Assembly: GCA_036229005.1 (NCBI GenBank)
Contig: JAZAMN010000003.1
Location: forward strand, 82,084-146,083
Origin: Myxococcota bacterium
GTDB lineage: Bacteria; Myxococcota_A; UBA796; CAJQPC01
DNA length: 64,000 nucleotides
Direction: 5' to 3'
Below are positions 54,640 through 63,986 of this stretch, piece after piece. The position numbers were made by a program, and so were the translations under genes. The first letter of the stretch is position 1, and each line of letters starts with the position of its first letter. The notes under the pieces are model-generated. The model was not told the DNA's origin. It was given only the letters and a program-made list of their open reading frames with translations, and ran no database searches.

Positions 54640-54795
54640 GGGGGCTCCTGGGGCTGTGGACCCGACTGGGTGTGTGTCGGGTCCAGGACGCAGGTGACCG
54701 GTGGTCACTTACACTCGCGGGTGCACCAATGCAGGCCGCTTGCCGGCGGGTACGTGGGCGAGATGGCCGTGCGCGCCCGCGCCAGCCCGACCGCC

Positions 54796-55182
54796 TCAGT
54801 CGTCGAGTTCGTCCCAGGTCATCGAGTGGCGTTCGGTCTGCCCGCCGGCAGTCACGCTGATCTGAAACCCGGTTCCGTTCATGCTGATCTTCAAGTCACC
54901 GTCGACCTCGCCGATGGGCTCCCCAATGGGCTTGCAGTCCCCCTCCAGGAACTCGGCGCTCATCGTCGCGAACAGGAAGACGAAGTTGTCCCGGCTGATA
55001 CCGGTGCTGGGGGCAGCCTCCGCGCTGAGACGAATCTGCTTGGCCCCCTTCGAGGTCTTGCACAGCTCGATGGATGTCGCGGTCATGGTGCCGTCCTCGG
55101 CGACGGTGACCAGGTCCTCGGCCAGTGCGGCCTTGGTTGTGCCGGCGGCGACAGCGGCGCTGAGAATCATGGCGAGCAGCAT
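54796..55182 (-). CDS. Small exported hypothetical protein
   Basis: GGGGAG RBS; leader MLLAMILSAAVAA; two Cys. Confidence 0.65.
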   Translation of the reverse strand: MLLAMILSAAVAAGTTKAALAEDLVTVAEDGTMTATSIELCKTSKGAKQIRLSAEAAPSTGISRDNFVFLFATMSAEFLEGDCKPIGEPIGEVDGDLKISMNGTGFQISVTAGGQTERHSMTWDELDD

Positions 55183-55335
55183 GCTCTCCCCTTTTTTGGA
55201 TCTGCGGCGTCCCCGTAGCGCGACCCACGCGGCGTTGGGATTTCGCTGCGTTACACCAGGACCCGTGTTGCGGAGCCGCAGGCCACGGGGGGCCCTGGTC
55301 GGCGTTGTGCCCTCCCGACTGGTTAGCTCTCAAGC

Positions 55336-56631
55336 ATGGAGCTGTCCGAGATCCGCGCCCTGGCCCCCAGCCCCGTCGCCTGGGACCGCGCCCAGCAGAT
55401 GGCCGCTGACACCCACCGCCAGTCCGGGATGGGGCAGGGCGGCGCGCTGATCTGGGGCCAGTTCCAGGGCAGCACCCCCTACCTGGCGCAGGTCGATCAG
55501 GAGCGCTGGGGCTTCAAGTGCACCTGCCCCTCGCGGCAGCAGCCCTGCAAGCACGTCCTGGCCCTGCTGCTGGTCCAGCACCATGCCCCCGACAGCCTCC
55601 CGGAGCATCCCGTCCCCGAGCCCATCCAGCAGTGGGTGGAGCGCCGGCGGGCCAGCGCGAAGGCCCAGCAGACCCGGGCGCAGGCGCAGGGTCCGGTGGA
55701 CACGGAGGCCCAGCAGCGGCGCCGCGACAAGCGCGAGGCCAACGTCGATCAGGGCCTGGAGCAGCTCCAGCGCTGGATGGAGGATCTGGCCCAGGCGGGG
55801 CTGGGCTCCCTGCGCTCCGGGGAGGCCTTCGAGCAGCAGGCGCGCCGCATGGTCGACGCCCAGGCCGGGGGCATCGCCAGCCGCCTCCGAAGCATCGGCG
55901 ACGACGTCGGCATCGGCACCCAGTGGCCGCAGCGGGTCGCCCAACAGCTCGGCGTCCTGGCGCTGCTCGTCGAGGCCTGGCGCAACCAGGACGCCCTCTC
56001 TCCCGAGCTGCGCGCCAGCGTCCGCGAGAAGGTGGGTTTCCGGGTGCGGCAGGCGGACCTGAACACCCCAGTCGAGCGGGCCCGCTGGCAGATCCTGGGC
56101 CAGTCCCTGCGCGAGGAGGAGCGCGGCAACCTCCGCCAGAGCTGGCTGCACGCGGACGGGGAGCTGCGCATGCTCATGGAGTTCGCCCCCAGCGTGATGG
56201 GGGGCCGCTTCCAGACCCAGCTCCCGGTCGGCCATGTCCTCGACTGCACCCTGCAGCCCTTTCCGGGCGCGGTGGCCGAGCGCGCCGCGTTGGTGGAGGA
56301 GCACGGTGTTCCGGTGCCCATGACCGCTCCTCCCCAGGGCCTCCCCGACCTGGACGCTCTGCTTGAGCTGCGCGCGCGGACGCTCTCCCGGGACCCCTTC
56401 GCCCGCCGGGTGCTCGCCGTCGTGGAGGGGCTGATCCCCGCAGTGGTCGACGGCCAGGCGCTGCTGATCGACCGCCACGGCCAGAGCCTGCCTTTGCTGG
56501 ACCTGCCCTGGTGGGAGTGGGTGGCGCTCTGCGGGGGGCGGCCGCACACGCTGCTCGTACAGCTCGGGGCCGAGGCCATCTTGCGGGGGGGCTGGGTCGA
56601 GGGGCGGTGGCGCGCAGGGAGGACTCTGTGA
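55336..56631 (+). CDS. SWIM zinc-finger protein (Yeh-like cluster)
   Basis: WGQFQGS.PY, CTCPSRQQPCKH, RMVDAQAGGIA. Confidence 0.85.
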   Translation: MELSEIRALAPSPVAWDRAQQMAADTHRQSGMGQGGALIWGQFQGSTPYLAQVDQERWGFKCTCPSRQQPCKHVLALLLVQHHAPDSLPEHPVPEPIQQWVERRRASAKAQQTRAQAQGPVDTEAQQRRRDKREANVDQGLEQLQRWMEDLAQAGLGSLRSGEAFEQQARRMVDAQAGGIASRLRSIGDDVGIGTQWPQRVAQQLGVLALLVEAWRNQDALSPELRASVREKVGFRVRQADLNTPVERARWQILGQSLREEERGNLRQSWLHADGELRMLMEFAPSVMGGRFQTQLPVGHVLDCTLQPFPGAVAERAALVEEHGVPVPMTAPPQGLPDLDALLELRARTLSRDPFARRVLAVVEGLIPAVVDGQALLIDRHGQSLPLLDLPWWEWVALCGGRPHTLLVQLGAEAILRGGWVEGRWRAGRTL

Positions 56632-58094
56632 CCCACCTTGAACAGCTCTTGCTGCTCGGACTGGATCAGGCACCCTCGCCCGCCAGCGAGGACACGCTGG
56701 GCCTGAGCGCGCCCAACGCGCCGTGGTCCCTGTGGCTTCGGGTGGGCGCGGAGGCCACCGAGCAGTTGGCCGGTAAGGTGAGCGCGCCGGTCGAGGGGGC
56801 CCCCCAAGCACCTGTGGACCCTCGCCCGGTGATCCCAGGGAGCCTGGCCGACGTGATCCCGCTGGCCATCCAGCGCAAGCTGCCCTGGCTGCTCTCCGAG
56901 CTGGCCGAGGCCTTGGGCAAGCGCGGGGCTCGGGTCTCCGCCGGCAGCCTGCCGACCCTGCTCAACGCCTCCGAGGCGCTGCGAGAGGGGGTGCGCCCCC
57001 TGCTGGGGCCGGTCGGGGAGTGGCTGGCGGCCCAGAACCCTCGCTGGGGGTGGGCGGTGGGCGCTGCGGATGACGGGTGGGTGCGCGAGCTGGAGGAGGA
57101 GAGCGGCGCGGCCCGCGCGCAGGCCCTGGAGCGGGGACGGCGGCTTGACCGGGAGCTGGCCACAGAGATGCTGCTGCAGACCCTGGCCAAGGAGAGCGCG
57201 GCGGAGCGGGAGCGGTTGGTGAGGGCCTGCGCGGGCAGCCTGTCCTCGCTGGACACCGGGTGGCTGGAGGAGCTGGCGAGCACCGACCGGTCCAAGAAGG
57301 TGCGGGCGCAGTGCCGGAGCATGCTGGTCCTCCTCCCCCAGAGCCCCACGGCCCAGGGCTACCGGGAGCTGGCGGAGACCTGCCTGAGCCTGGAGAAGCA
57401 GGAGCGCAGCCTGGGTGCCCGGTTGATGCGACGCACCGAGGCGCTGCGTTTGAGCGCGGAGGTCCCCCCGGAGCAGGAGGGGCTGGAGCCCGAGAAGCAC
57501 TGGGGTCTGGGCCCACAGCAGGGGAGGCTGGCGGCGCTGCTGGCGATGGTGAACCCGCGGATCTGGCCGGAGCTCTGGGGCGTCGAGCCCGGTCGGCTGG
57601 TGCTGGCGGTGGACCCGAGCGACGACATCGCGGTGCTGATCGGCTGGACCGAGGCCGCGATCCGCTTCGGCGCCAGCGAGTGGGCCGGGCCCCTGCACCG
57701 CCTCTGGAGTGAGCGGCCCTCGCGTCTCGGTCAGGCCCTCCAGGCGCGGCTGCCGGCGGTGATGTCCGCGGAGGATCTGGAGTCGCGCTGTCTGGAGCTG
57801 CTCCAGAGCCACGGTCGGCGGGACCCCGGAGACCTGGACGCGCTGCTGCGGCCGCTCCCGACGCCCTGGAGTCCCCGACTGGGCGCTGCCTGGCTGGCGC
57901 GCGTGCGGCCTCTGCACAGCATCCACCAGCTCCCGCAGCTCCTGCACCCGACCCTGGAGCTGGCCGCCCGCGGCATCCCGGCAGCTCAGCTCCCGGCCCA
58001 GCCCCTGCTGCCCGGGACCTCGGCCGCGGTGGTGTTGCGCATGGCGACCCTGATGGAGGCCCGCCGGCGCATCCACGCCTTCTCCCTGGGCTGA
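56628..58094 (+). CDS. DUF5691-like helical protein
   Basis: GTGA overlap with the SWIM gene; LLLG, GPVGEWLAAQNPRW, LEELASTDRSKKVR, PWS motifs and gene position. Confidence 0.7.
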   Translation: MTHLEQLLLLGLDQAPSPASEDTLGLSAPNAPWSLWLRVGAEATEQLAGKVSAPVEGAPQAPVDPRPVIPGSLADVIPLAIQRKLPWLLSELAEALGKRGARVSAGSLPTLLNASEALREGVRPLLGPVGEWLAAQNPRWGWAVGAADDGWVRELEEESGAARAQALERGRRLDRELATEMLLQTLAKESAAERERLVRACAGSLSSLDTGWLEELASTDRSKKVRAQCRSMLVLLPQSPTAQGYRELAETCLSLEKQERSLGARLMRRTEALRLSAEVPPEQEGLEPEKHWGLGPQQGRLAALLAMVNPRIWPELWGVEPGRLVLAVDPSDDIAVLIGWTEAAIRFGASEWAGPLHRLWSERPSRLGQALQARLPAVMSAEDLESRCLELLQSHGRRDPGDLDALLRPLPTPWSPRLGAAWLARVRPLHSIHQLPQLLHPTLELAARGIPAAQLPAQPLLPGTSAAVVLRMATLMEARRRIHAFSLG

Positions 58095-58121
58095 GTCGGC
58101 GGGCGGAGTCGGTGGGGGCAT

Positions 58122-59180
58122 TCAGCGGGGGAGGGGATTGCCCGGCCAGGGAGGCGGCAGCCAGGGCTCCAGTCCGGCCTCTTCCGCGGTGACACAGGAG
58201 CCGTCGGGTGTCGCGAGGCAAGCGCCGCGCTCCTTGCACTCGGGGGTCGCCAGGCAGGAGTAGGCCCGCGCGCTGTCCTGGGCGTCTGGGTTCACGCAGC
58301 GCCCCCAGTCCAGGGTGCAGCGTCCGAAGGCCTGACACTCCAGGCTCGCCTCGCAGCCCGCCTGGGTGACCGCGCACAGGTGCCCGCTCTTCTCGCAGCG
58401 GCCGCTCAGGGTGCACTCCAGGGCGCCTTCGCAGTCGGTCTGGCTCCCCGGTTGGCAATAGGCGTCCTCGTAGCTGCAGCGGCCAGACGCCCAGCAGGCC
58501 TCGTCACAGACCCCGACCGCGTCATCGCACCAGTCGGCGGGGCCGGACTCGGCGTCTCCTCCGACCGAACACCAGCCATTCAGCGCGCACATGGAGCTGT
58601 CCTGGCAGCCGGCCTCCGTCGCCACGCAGCGGCCTTGAGTGAGCCCGCAACGCCCCCGGCCTTTGCAATGGGCGCTCGCCGCGCAGTCCTGCTCCGTGCC
58701 CGCCACGCAGACGCCGTCCACCAAGTCGCAGCGGCCCTCGATCCGGCAGGGCATCTCGCAGTCGGTGGGGCCCTCCAGCACGCAGCCCTCGGCGTGCTTG
58801 TAGTTGCAGAGGCCCAGCTCTTGGCAGGCATCCGCCTGGGCGCAGCCCGAGGGCAGGGTGATGCAGCGCCGGCCGCTCAGGTCCACCGTACAGGCCCCTT
58901 TCGTCGCGCAGCGCTCCGAGGCTTGGCAGTCCAGATCCGTCAGGGCCACGCAGGCATCGCTGGAGTCAGGGAGCAGGTGGCCGCGTCCCTCCACCGTGCA
59001 GGCCTCGGACTGGCGGCAGTCGGCGCTGTCCCGCACGTAGGTTCGCGCCATCGCGTCGCCGCTGGCGTAGGTCCGCACGCCACATCGTCCTTCCTCGCGG
59101 CAGTCCTTGTTGCGGTCCGGAACCAGCCCGCCACCGCAGGCCAGCAGCAGGAAGGAGAGGAGGAGGGCGAGCTGGCGCAT
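58122..59180 (-). CDS. Cys-rich repeat lipoprotein
   Basis: MRQLALLLSFLLLAC; about 10 repeats of C-x5-C-x3-G-x-C-x6/8-C. Confidence 0.8.
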   Translation of the reverse strand: MRQLALLLSFLLLACGGGLVPDRNKDCREEGRCGVRTYASGDAMARTYVRDSADCRQSEACTVEGRGHLLPDSSDACVALTDLDCQASERCATKGACTVDLSGRRCITLPSGCAQADACQELGLCNYKHAEGCVLEGPTDCEMPCRIEGRCDLVDGVCVAGTEQDCAASAHCKGRGRCGLTQGRCVATEAGCQDSSMCALNGWCSVGGDAESGPADWCDDAVGVCDEACWASGRCSYEDAYCQPGSQTDCEGALECTLSGRCEKSGHLCAVTQAGCEASLECQAFGRCTLDWGRCVNPDAQDSARAYSCLATPECKERGACLATPDGSCVTAEEAGLEPWLPPPWPGNPLPR

Positions 59181-59259
59181 GGCCCATCTTGGCACACCAT
59201 TTGGGGTGCGCCGGCGCCCCCAGCGTGCCAAGGAACACCCCTCCACCGTCGAGGTCACC

Positions 59260-60336
59260 ATGTCCGTCCTCCGCCAGCACGCGGAACACCAGTTCGCCGC
59301 CGAGCTCCAGGTCCTCGCCGACACCGACGAGCGCCCCAGGCCGGATGGCTGGGCCCTCAGCCCCCAGGCGGTGAGGGACTATGTGTTGGGCACCACGCTC
59401 CCCGACCGGACCGAGATCACCCCCAAGTACATCGGTCAGCAGCGCCTGGTCGAGGTCTGCATCGCGACCCTGGCCAGCTCCCGCGCCCTGCTGCTCCAGG
59501 GCGTCCCCGGCACCGGCAAGTCCTGGCTCAGCGAGCACCTGGCGGCCGCCATCTCGGGGGACTCCACGCTGCTGGTCCAGGGCACCGCGGGGATGGACGA
59601 GAGCCACCTGCGCTACGGCTGGGACTACGCACGCCTGCTGGCCCAGGGCCCCTCCCGCGAGGCCATGGTCCCCAGTCCCGTCATGCGCGCGATGGCCGAG
59701 GGCAAGACCGCCCGCGTCGAGGAGCTCACCCGCATCCCCTCCGAGGTGCAGGACGCCCTCATCACCCTGCTCTCCGAGAAGACCCTGCCCATCCCGGAGC
59801 TCTCCGACGAGGTCCAGGCGGTGCCCGGCTTCAACGTCATCGCGACCGCGAATGACCGCGACAAGGGCGTCTCGGAGCTGTCTGCCGCGCTGCTCCGCCG
59901 CTTCAACACGGTGGTGCTGCCCAGCCCGGAGACCCTTGAGGAGGAGCTGCGCATCGTGTCCCAGCGCGTGGGCGCCATGCAGGCCGGCATGAAGCTCCCG
60001 GTCGAGGTCCCCGCGATGGAGCAGATGGAGCGGGTGGTGCGGATCTTCCGCGAGCTCAGAGCGGGGCTCACCGAGGACGGCCAGACCCGCCTCAAGCAGC
60101 CCAGCGGCACCCTGTCCACCGCCGAGGCCATCTCGGTGGTCGAGTCGGGGATGCTCATGGCCGCCAGCTTCGGCGACGGGCAGCTCAAGGCCAGCGACAT
60201 CGCGGCCTCGCTCACGGGCTGCGTGCTGCGGGACCCCGAGCAGGACCTGGTGCCCTGGAGCGAGTACCTCAAGACCGTCGTGCGCGAGCGCAGCGACTGG
60301 AAGGACCTGTACCGCGCCTGCAAGGGAGCGCTCTGA
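59260..60336 (+). CDS. MoxR-type AAA+ ATPase (YehL-like)
   Basis: LRQHAE N-terminus, Walker A GVPGTGKS, Walker B ARVEE, ATAN, LRRF, LSTAEAISV; GAGG RBS. Confidence 0.9.
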   Translation: MSVLRQHAEHQFAAELQVLADTDERPRPDGWALSPQAVRDYVLGTTLPDRTEITPKYIGQQRLVEVCIATLASSRALLLQGVPGTGKSWLSEHLAAAISGDSTLLVQGTAGMDESHLRYGWDYARLLAQGPSREAMVPSPVMRAMAEGKTARVEELTRIPSEVQDALITLLSEKTLPIPELSDEVQAVPGFNVIATANDRDKGVSELSAALLRRFNTVVLPSPETLEEELRIVSQRVGAMQAGMKLPVEVPAMEQMERVVRIFRELRAGLTEDGQTRLKQPSGTLSTAEAISVVESGMLMAASFGDGQLKASDIAASLTGCVLRDPEQDLVPWSEYLKTVVRERSDWKDLYRACKGAL

Positions 60337-62523
60337 GTGCGGAGCATCCTGGGCATCCGGCACCACGGGCCGGGCAGCGGACGCAGCGTGGAGCGGGCTC
60401 TGGAGGCTCTGCAACCCGACGCCGTCTGCATCGAGGGGCCCCCGGAGGCCGACGCCCTGATCCCGCTGTGTACGGACCCCGGCATGCGGCCGCCCGTGGC
60501 CCTGCTGGTCTACGCCAAGGCAGACCCCAGCAGCGCGAGCTTCTACCCCTTCTGCGACTGGTCGCCGGAGTGGCGGGCCATGCGCTGGGCGGTGGAGAAC
60601 GGCCGCCCGGTGCGCTTTGTGGACCTGCCGCGGGTTTGGGCGCTCAAGGCCGAGAACGGGCTGGCCCGCACTGAGGCTCCCGTGGATGCGCTGGGCCTGC
60701 TGGCCGCCACCGAGGGCCACCCCGACGGCGACGGCTGGTGGGAGGCCCAGGTCGAGCTTCGGGGCGATGACACCGCGCTCTTCGAGGCCGTGCTGCTCGC
60801 CATGGGCGCTGTGCGGGAGGCCGAGGACGGCTGCCGCCCCACAGACCCCTATGAGGCCCGGCGAGAGGCCTACATGCGCGTGGAGCTCAGCAAGGACGAG
60901 CGCGCCCACGGCCACGTCGCGATGGTCTGCGGGGCCTGGCACGCCCCCGCCCTGCTCCCTGAGTCCTGCCCACCGCTCAAGGACGACCGGGCCCTGCTCA
61001 AGGGCTTCAAGAAGGAGCGCATCGAGGTCACCTGGGTCCCCTGGGCGGCCAGCCGCTTGAGCCTGGAGTCCGGCTACGGCGCGGGCATGGCGGCCCCGGC
61101 CTGGTACCAGGCGATCTGGGAGGCCGGCGTCCCCGAGCTGGGCGGGCGGCGTGAGCTCCCGGAGCGCTGGCTCTCGCGCACCGCTGGGCTGCTCCGGGCG
61201 CGCGGGCATGACGTCTCTTCGGCGCACGTCATCGAGGCCACGCGGCTGGCGGAGTCGCTGGCCGCGCTGCGGGGGGCGCCGCAGGTGGGGCTGGCCGAGC
61301 TACGCGAGTCCTCGCTGGCGGTCTTTGGTCTCCCCCAAGCCCTGGCGTCCATCCGAGGGGCCCTGGAGGTGGGCCACGATCTGGGGCAGGTCCCGGACAG
61401 CGCCCCCATCCTCCCGCTCCAGGCCGACATCGAGCGCCTGCTCAAGAAGGGTCGCCTCTCCCAGAGCACCGCGCCCCAGCAGATCGAGCTCGACGTGCGC
61501 AAGCCCAGCCACAAGCTGCGCAGCCAGACCCTGCGGCGCCTGGGCGTGCTCGGCATCCCATTCGGCAAGCGCTCGGGGGACAGTCGGGGGGACGGCTCCT
61601 TCCGGGAGACCTGGGACCTGCAGTGGGACCCGGGCTTTGCCGTGCAGATCGTGACGGCCTCCAGCCTGGGAAACACCCTGGAGAGCGCCGCCGCCGGGAT
61701 GCTCCGCCAGCGCGCCCAGAAGCTGCAGACCGTCTGGCAGCTCGCCGCCCTGCTGGAAGACGGGCTGATGGCCGAGCTCCCCGCCGAGCCCGCCCTCAAG
61801 GCTCTGGACGAGCGCGCGGCGGTGGCCCAGGACATCCAGACCCTGATGGAGGGCCTGCCCCCCCTGGCGCGCCTGCTGCGCTACGGCAGCACCCTGGACA
61901 TCGACACCGCGCCCATCGCGCCGGTGCTCCAGCGCCTCTATGAGCGCGTCGTCGTGGGGCTTCCGCGGGCCTGCACCGGCATCGACGAGACCCTGGCCAG
62001 CGCGCTGGGCAAGGCCCTGGAGGACTGCCACCGCGCCCTCGCCCTGCTGGAAGACCCCGACCTCAGCGACGACTGGACCGAGCTGCTCTTCACCCTGAGC
62101 GAGCGCGAGACCATCCACCCCCAGATCCGCGGCAAGGCCCTGCGCAAGCTGCTCTCCGCCCAGCTCGTCACCCCCGAAGCGCTCCAGGAGCGCGCGCGCC
62201 AGGCCCTCAACCAGGTGGTGGAGCCGCTGCACGCCGCCCAGTGGTTGGAGGGGCTGATCGGCGGCTCGGGGCTGCTCTTGATTCACCAACAGGCCCTCTG
62301 GGAGGTCCTGGACACCTGGCTGGGCGGGCTCGCCAGCGAGGACTTCCAGGCGCTGCTTCCGCTGCTTCGGCGCGCCTTCTCGGGCTTCTCCAAGTCCGAG
62401 CGCCGCCAGATGGGCCAGCGCCTCTCCGCCAGCGATGCCAAGCAGGCAGAGGAGGGGTTGGATGTTGAACGCGCATCCTGGGTTCACCCCGTCCTGCGCC
62501 GTATCGTCGGGAGCACCCCATGA
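60337..62523 (+). CDS. DUF5682 (YehM-like) protein
   Basis: GIRHHGPGS, CIEGP, FYPF..WSPEW, REAYM, VCGAWH, SGYGAG, FRETW, LPLLRRAF. Confidence 0.85.
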   Translation: MRSILGIRHHGPGSGRSVERALEALQPDAVCIEGPPEADALIPLCTDPGMRPPVALLVYAKADPSSASFYPFCDWSPEWRAMRWAVENGRPVRFVDLPRVWALKAENGLARTEAPVDALGLLAATEGHPDGDGWWEAQVELRGDDTALFEAVLLAMGAVREAEDGCRPTDPYEARREAYMRVELSKDERAHGHVAMVCGAWHAPALLPESCPPLKDDRALLKGFKKERIEVTWVPWAASRLSLESGYGAGMAAPAWYQAIWEAGVPELGGRRELPERWLSRTAGLLRARGHDVSSAHVIEATRLAESLAALRGAPQVGLAELRESSLAVFGLPQALASIRGALEVGHDLGQVPDSAPILPLQADIERLLKKGRLSQSTAPQQIELDVRKPSHKLRSQTLRRLGVLGIPFGKRSGDSRGDGSFRETWDLQWDPGFAVQIVTASSLGNTLESAAAGMLRQRAQKLQTVWQLAALLEDGLMAELPAEPALKALDERAAVAQDIQTLMEGLPPLARLLRYGSTLDIDTAPIAPVLQRLYERVVVGLPRACTGIDETLASALGKALEDCHRALALLEDPDLSDDWTELLFTLSERETIHPQIRGKALRKLLSAQLVTPEALQERARQALNQVVEPLHAAQWLEGLIGGSGLLLIHQQALWEVLDTWLGGLASEDFQALLPLLRRAFSGFSKSERRQMGQRLSASDAKQAEEGLDVERASWVHPVLRRIVGSTP

Positions 62524-63635
62524 CCGATCCCACCAGCGAGGAGCTGCGTAGGCGCTGGCGCCTGGTGCTCGGAGGCGGCGATGCCGATGGCACGGGGCAG
62601 CCGCTCAGCGCCCAGGACGTCGGCATGGACCGCGTGCTGGAGGCCCTCTACGACAGCGATCGGCGCGGCGGCCTGGGCTCCAGCTCGCCCCGGGTCAACG
62701 CCTGGCTGGGCGACATCCGGCGCTATTTCCCGCGGCGCACCGTCGAGCTGCTCCAGCGCGACGCCCTGGACCGCCTGGGCTTGGAGAAGATGCTCCTGCA
62801 GCCGGAGCTCTTGGAGCAGGTGCAGCCCGACGTGAACCTGGTGGCCACCCTCTTGACCCTCAAGGGCAGCCTGCCCGCCAAGGCCCGCGACACCGCCCGC
62901 GCCGTGGTCCGCCAGGTCGCCGACGAAGTGGAGCGCCGCCTGGCCCAGCGCTTGCGCGAGGCCGTCCGAGGCGCCCTGGACCGCAGCCGCCGGACTCGCC
63001 GGCCGCGTCACAACGAGATCGACTGGGACCGCACCATCCGGGCCAACCTGCGGCGCTACGACCCGCAATCCGGCGTGCTGATCCCCGAGCGCCTGGTCGG
63101 CCACGCCCGCAAGGGCAGCAGCCTGCGCCGCGTCATCCTGGCCGTCGACCAGAGCGGCTCCATGGCCAGCTCCGTGGTCTACGCCGGCATCTTTGGCGCC
63201 GTGCTCGCCACCGTCCGCAGCCTCAGCCTGCGCATGTGCGTGTTCGACACAGAGGTCGCCGACCTCTCCGAGCACCTGAGCGACCCCGTCAGCCTGCTCT
63301 TTGCCACCCAGCTTGGCGGCGGCACCGAGATCCACCGCGCCCTGGGCTGGGCCGAGCAGCAGCTCGAGCGCCCCCAGGACAGCATCGTCGTGCTGATCAC
63401 CGACCTCTTCGAGGGCGGCGACCGGGAGCTGATGTTCGAGCGCGCCCGCCGCATCACCGCCAGCGGCGCCACCTGCATCTGCCTCTTGGCCCTCAGCGAC
63501 GACGGCAAGCCCGTCTACGACCGCGACAACGCCGCCTCCATGCAGGCCCTGGGGTGGGCGACCTTCGGGTGTACGCCGGACGCCTTCCCCGAGCTGCTGG
63601 CGCGGGCGATCGAGGGGCGGAAGCTGAAGGCTTGA
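62520..63635 (+). CDS. VWA (CoxE/YehP-like) domain protein
   Basis: RRWRLVLG, IDWDRTIRANL, MIDAS DQSGSM, GGGT, ITDLFEG. Confidence 0.9.
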   Translation: MTDPTSEELRRRWRLVLGGGDADGTGQPLSAQDVGMDRVLEALYDSDRRGGLGSSSPRVNAWLGDIRRYFPRRTVELLQRDALDRLGLEKMLLQPELLEQVQPDVNLVATLLTLKGSLPAKARDTARAVVRQVADEVERRLAQRLREAVRGALDRSRRTRRPRHNEIDWDRTIRANLRRYDPQSGVLIPERLVGHARKGSSLRRVILAVDQSGSMASSVVYAGIFGAVLATVRSLSLRMCVFDTEVADLSEHLSDPVSLLFATQLGGGTEIHRALGWAEQQLERPQDSIVVLITDLFEGGDRELMFERARRITASGATCICLLALSDDGKPVYDRDNAASMQALGWATFGCTPDAFPELLARAIEGRKLKA

Positions 63636-63654
63636 AGGGGAGGGGGGCTGTGCG

Positions 63655-63713
63655 GGCCGGGGGTCAGGTCTCAGGCCGGGGGTCAGGTCTCAGGTATCAG
63701 GTCTCAGGCATCA
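63655..63713. repeat. Tandem repeat: 2 x 19 bp plus 7-bp units
   Basis: GGCCGGGGGTCAGGTCTCA at 63655-63673 and 63674-63692, then GGTATCA GGTCTCA GGCATCA. Confidence 0.85.
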
Positions 63714-63909
63714 CGTCGTCGGGGGTGTCAGCGCCGGGGTCTACCGTCAGCCACCCACCCCGTGCGCCGCTCCTGGGCGCTGCCTTTGACCCAATCCCGG
63801 AACACCCTCCGGGCCCAGACCCGTGGGCCGGACGAAGTACCGGCCCCTCCCCACCGCGCCCCCCCAAGTCGGCTGCCACGACGCCCCGAACCCGGCCCCC
63901 ACGCCATCG

Positions 63910-63986
63910 CCGGTCCCCGGTCCCCGGTCGCCAGTCGCCGGCGAGCCGCCACAGAGACCTGACCTCCGATACCCGATACCCGGCTC
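63910..63986. repeat. Heptamer tandem repeats with an inverted copy of the upstream repeat
   Basis: CCGGTCC CCGGTCC CCGGTCG CCAGTCG CCGGCGA (63910-63944); GAGACCTGACC (63954-63964); CCGATAC x2 (63966-63979). Confidence 0.75.

Noticed and set aside
55214..55256. Imperfect hairpin as an integron attC site
   Set aside because: No matching RYYYAAC/GTTRRRY pair, no second site and no integrase.
58122..59180. Cys-rich protein as a multiheme cytochrome
   Set aside because: No CxxCH motifs; the spacing fits disulfide repeats.
63655..63713. CRISPR array
   Set aside because: Repeats are directly adjacent, 7-19 bp long, with no spacers and no cas genes.
63697..63962. Short ORFs at the right end
   Set aside because: Low-complexity translations of the repeat region without recognisable motifs.
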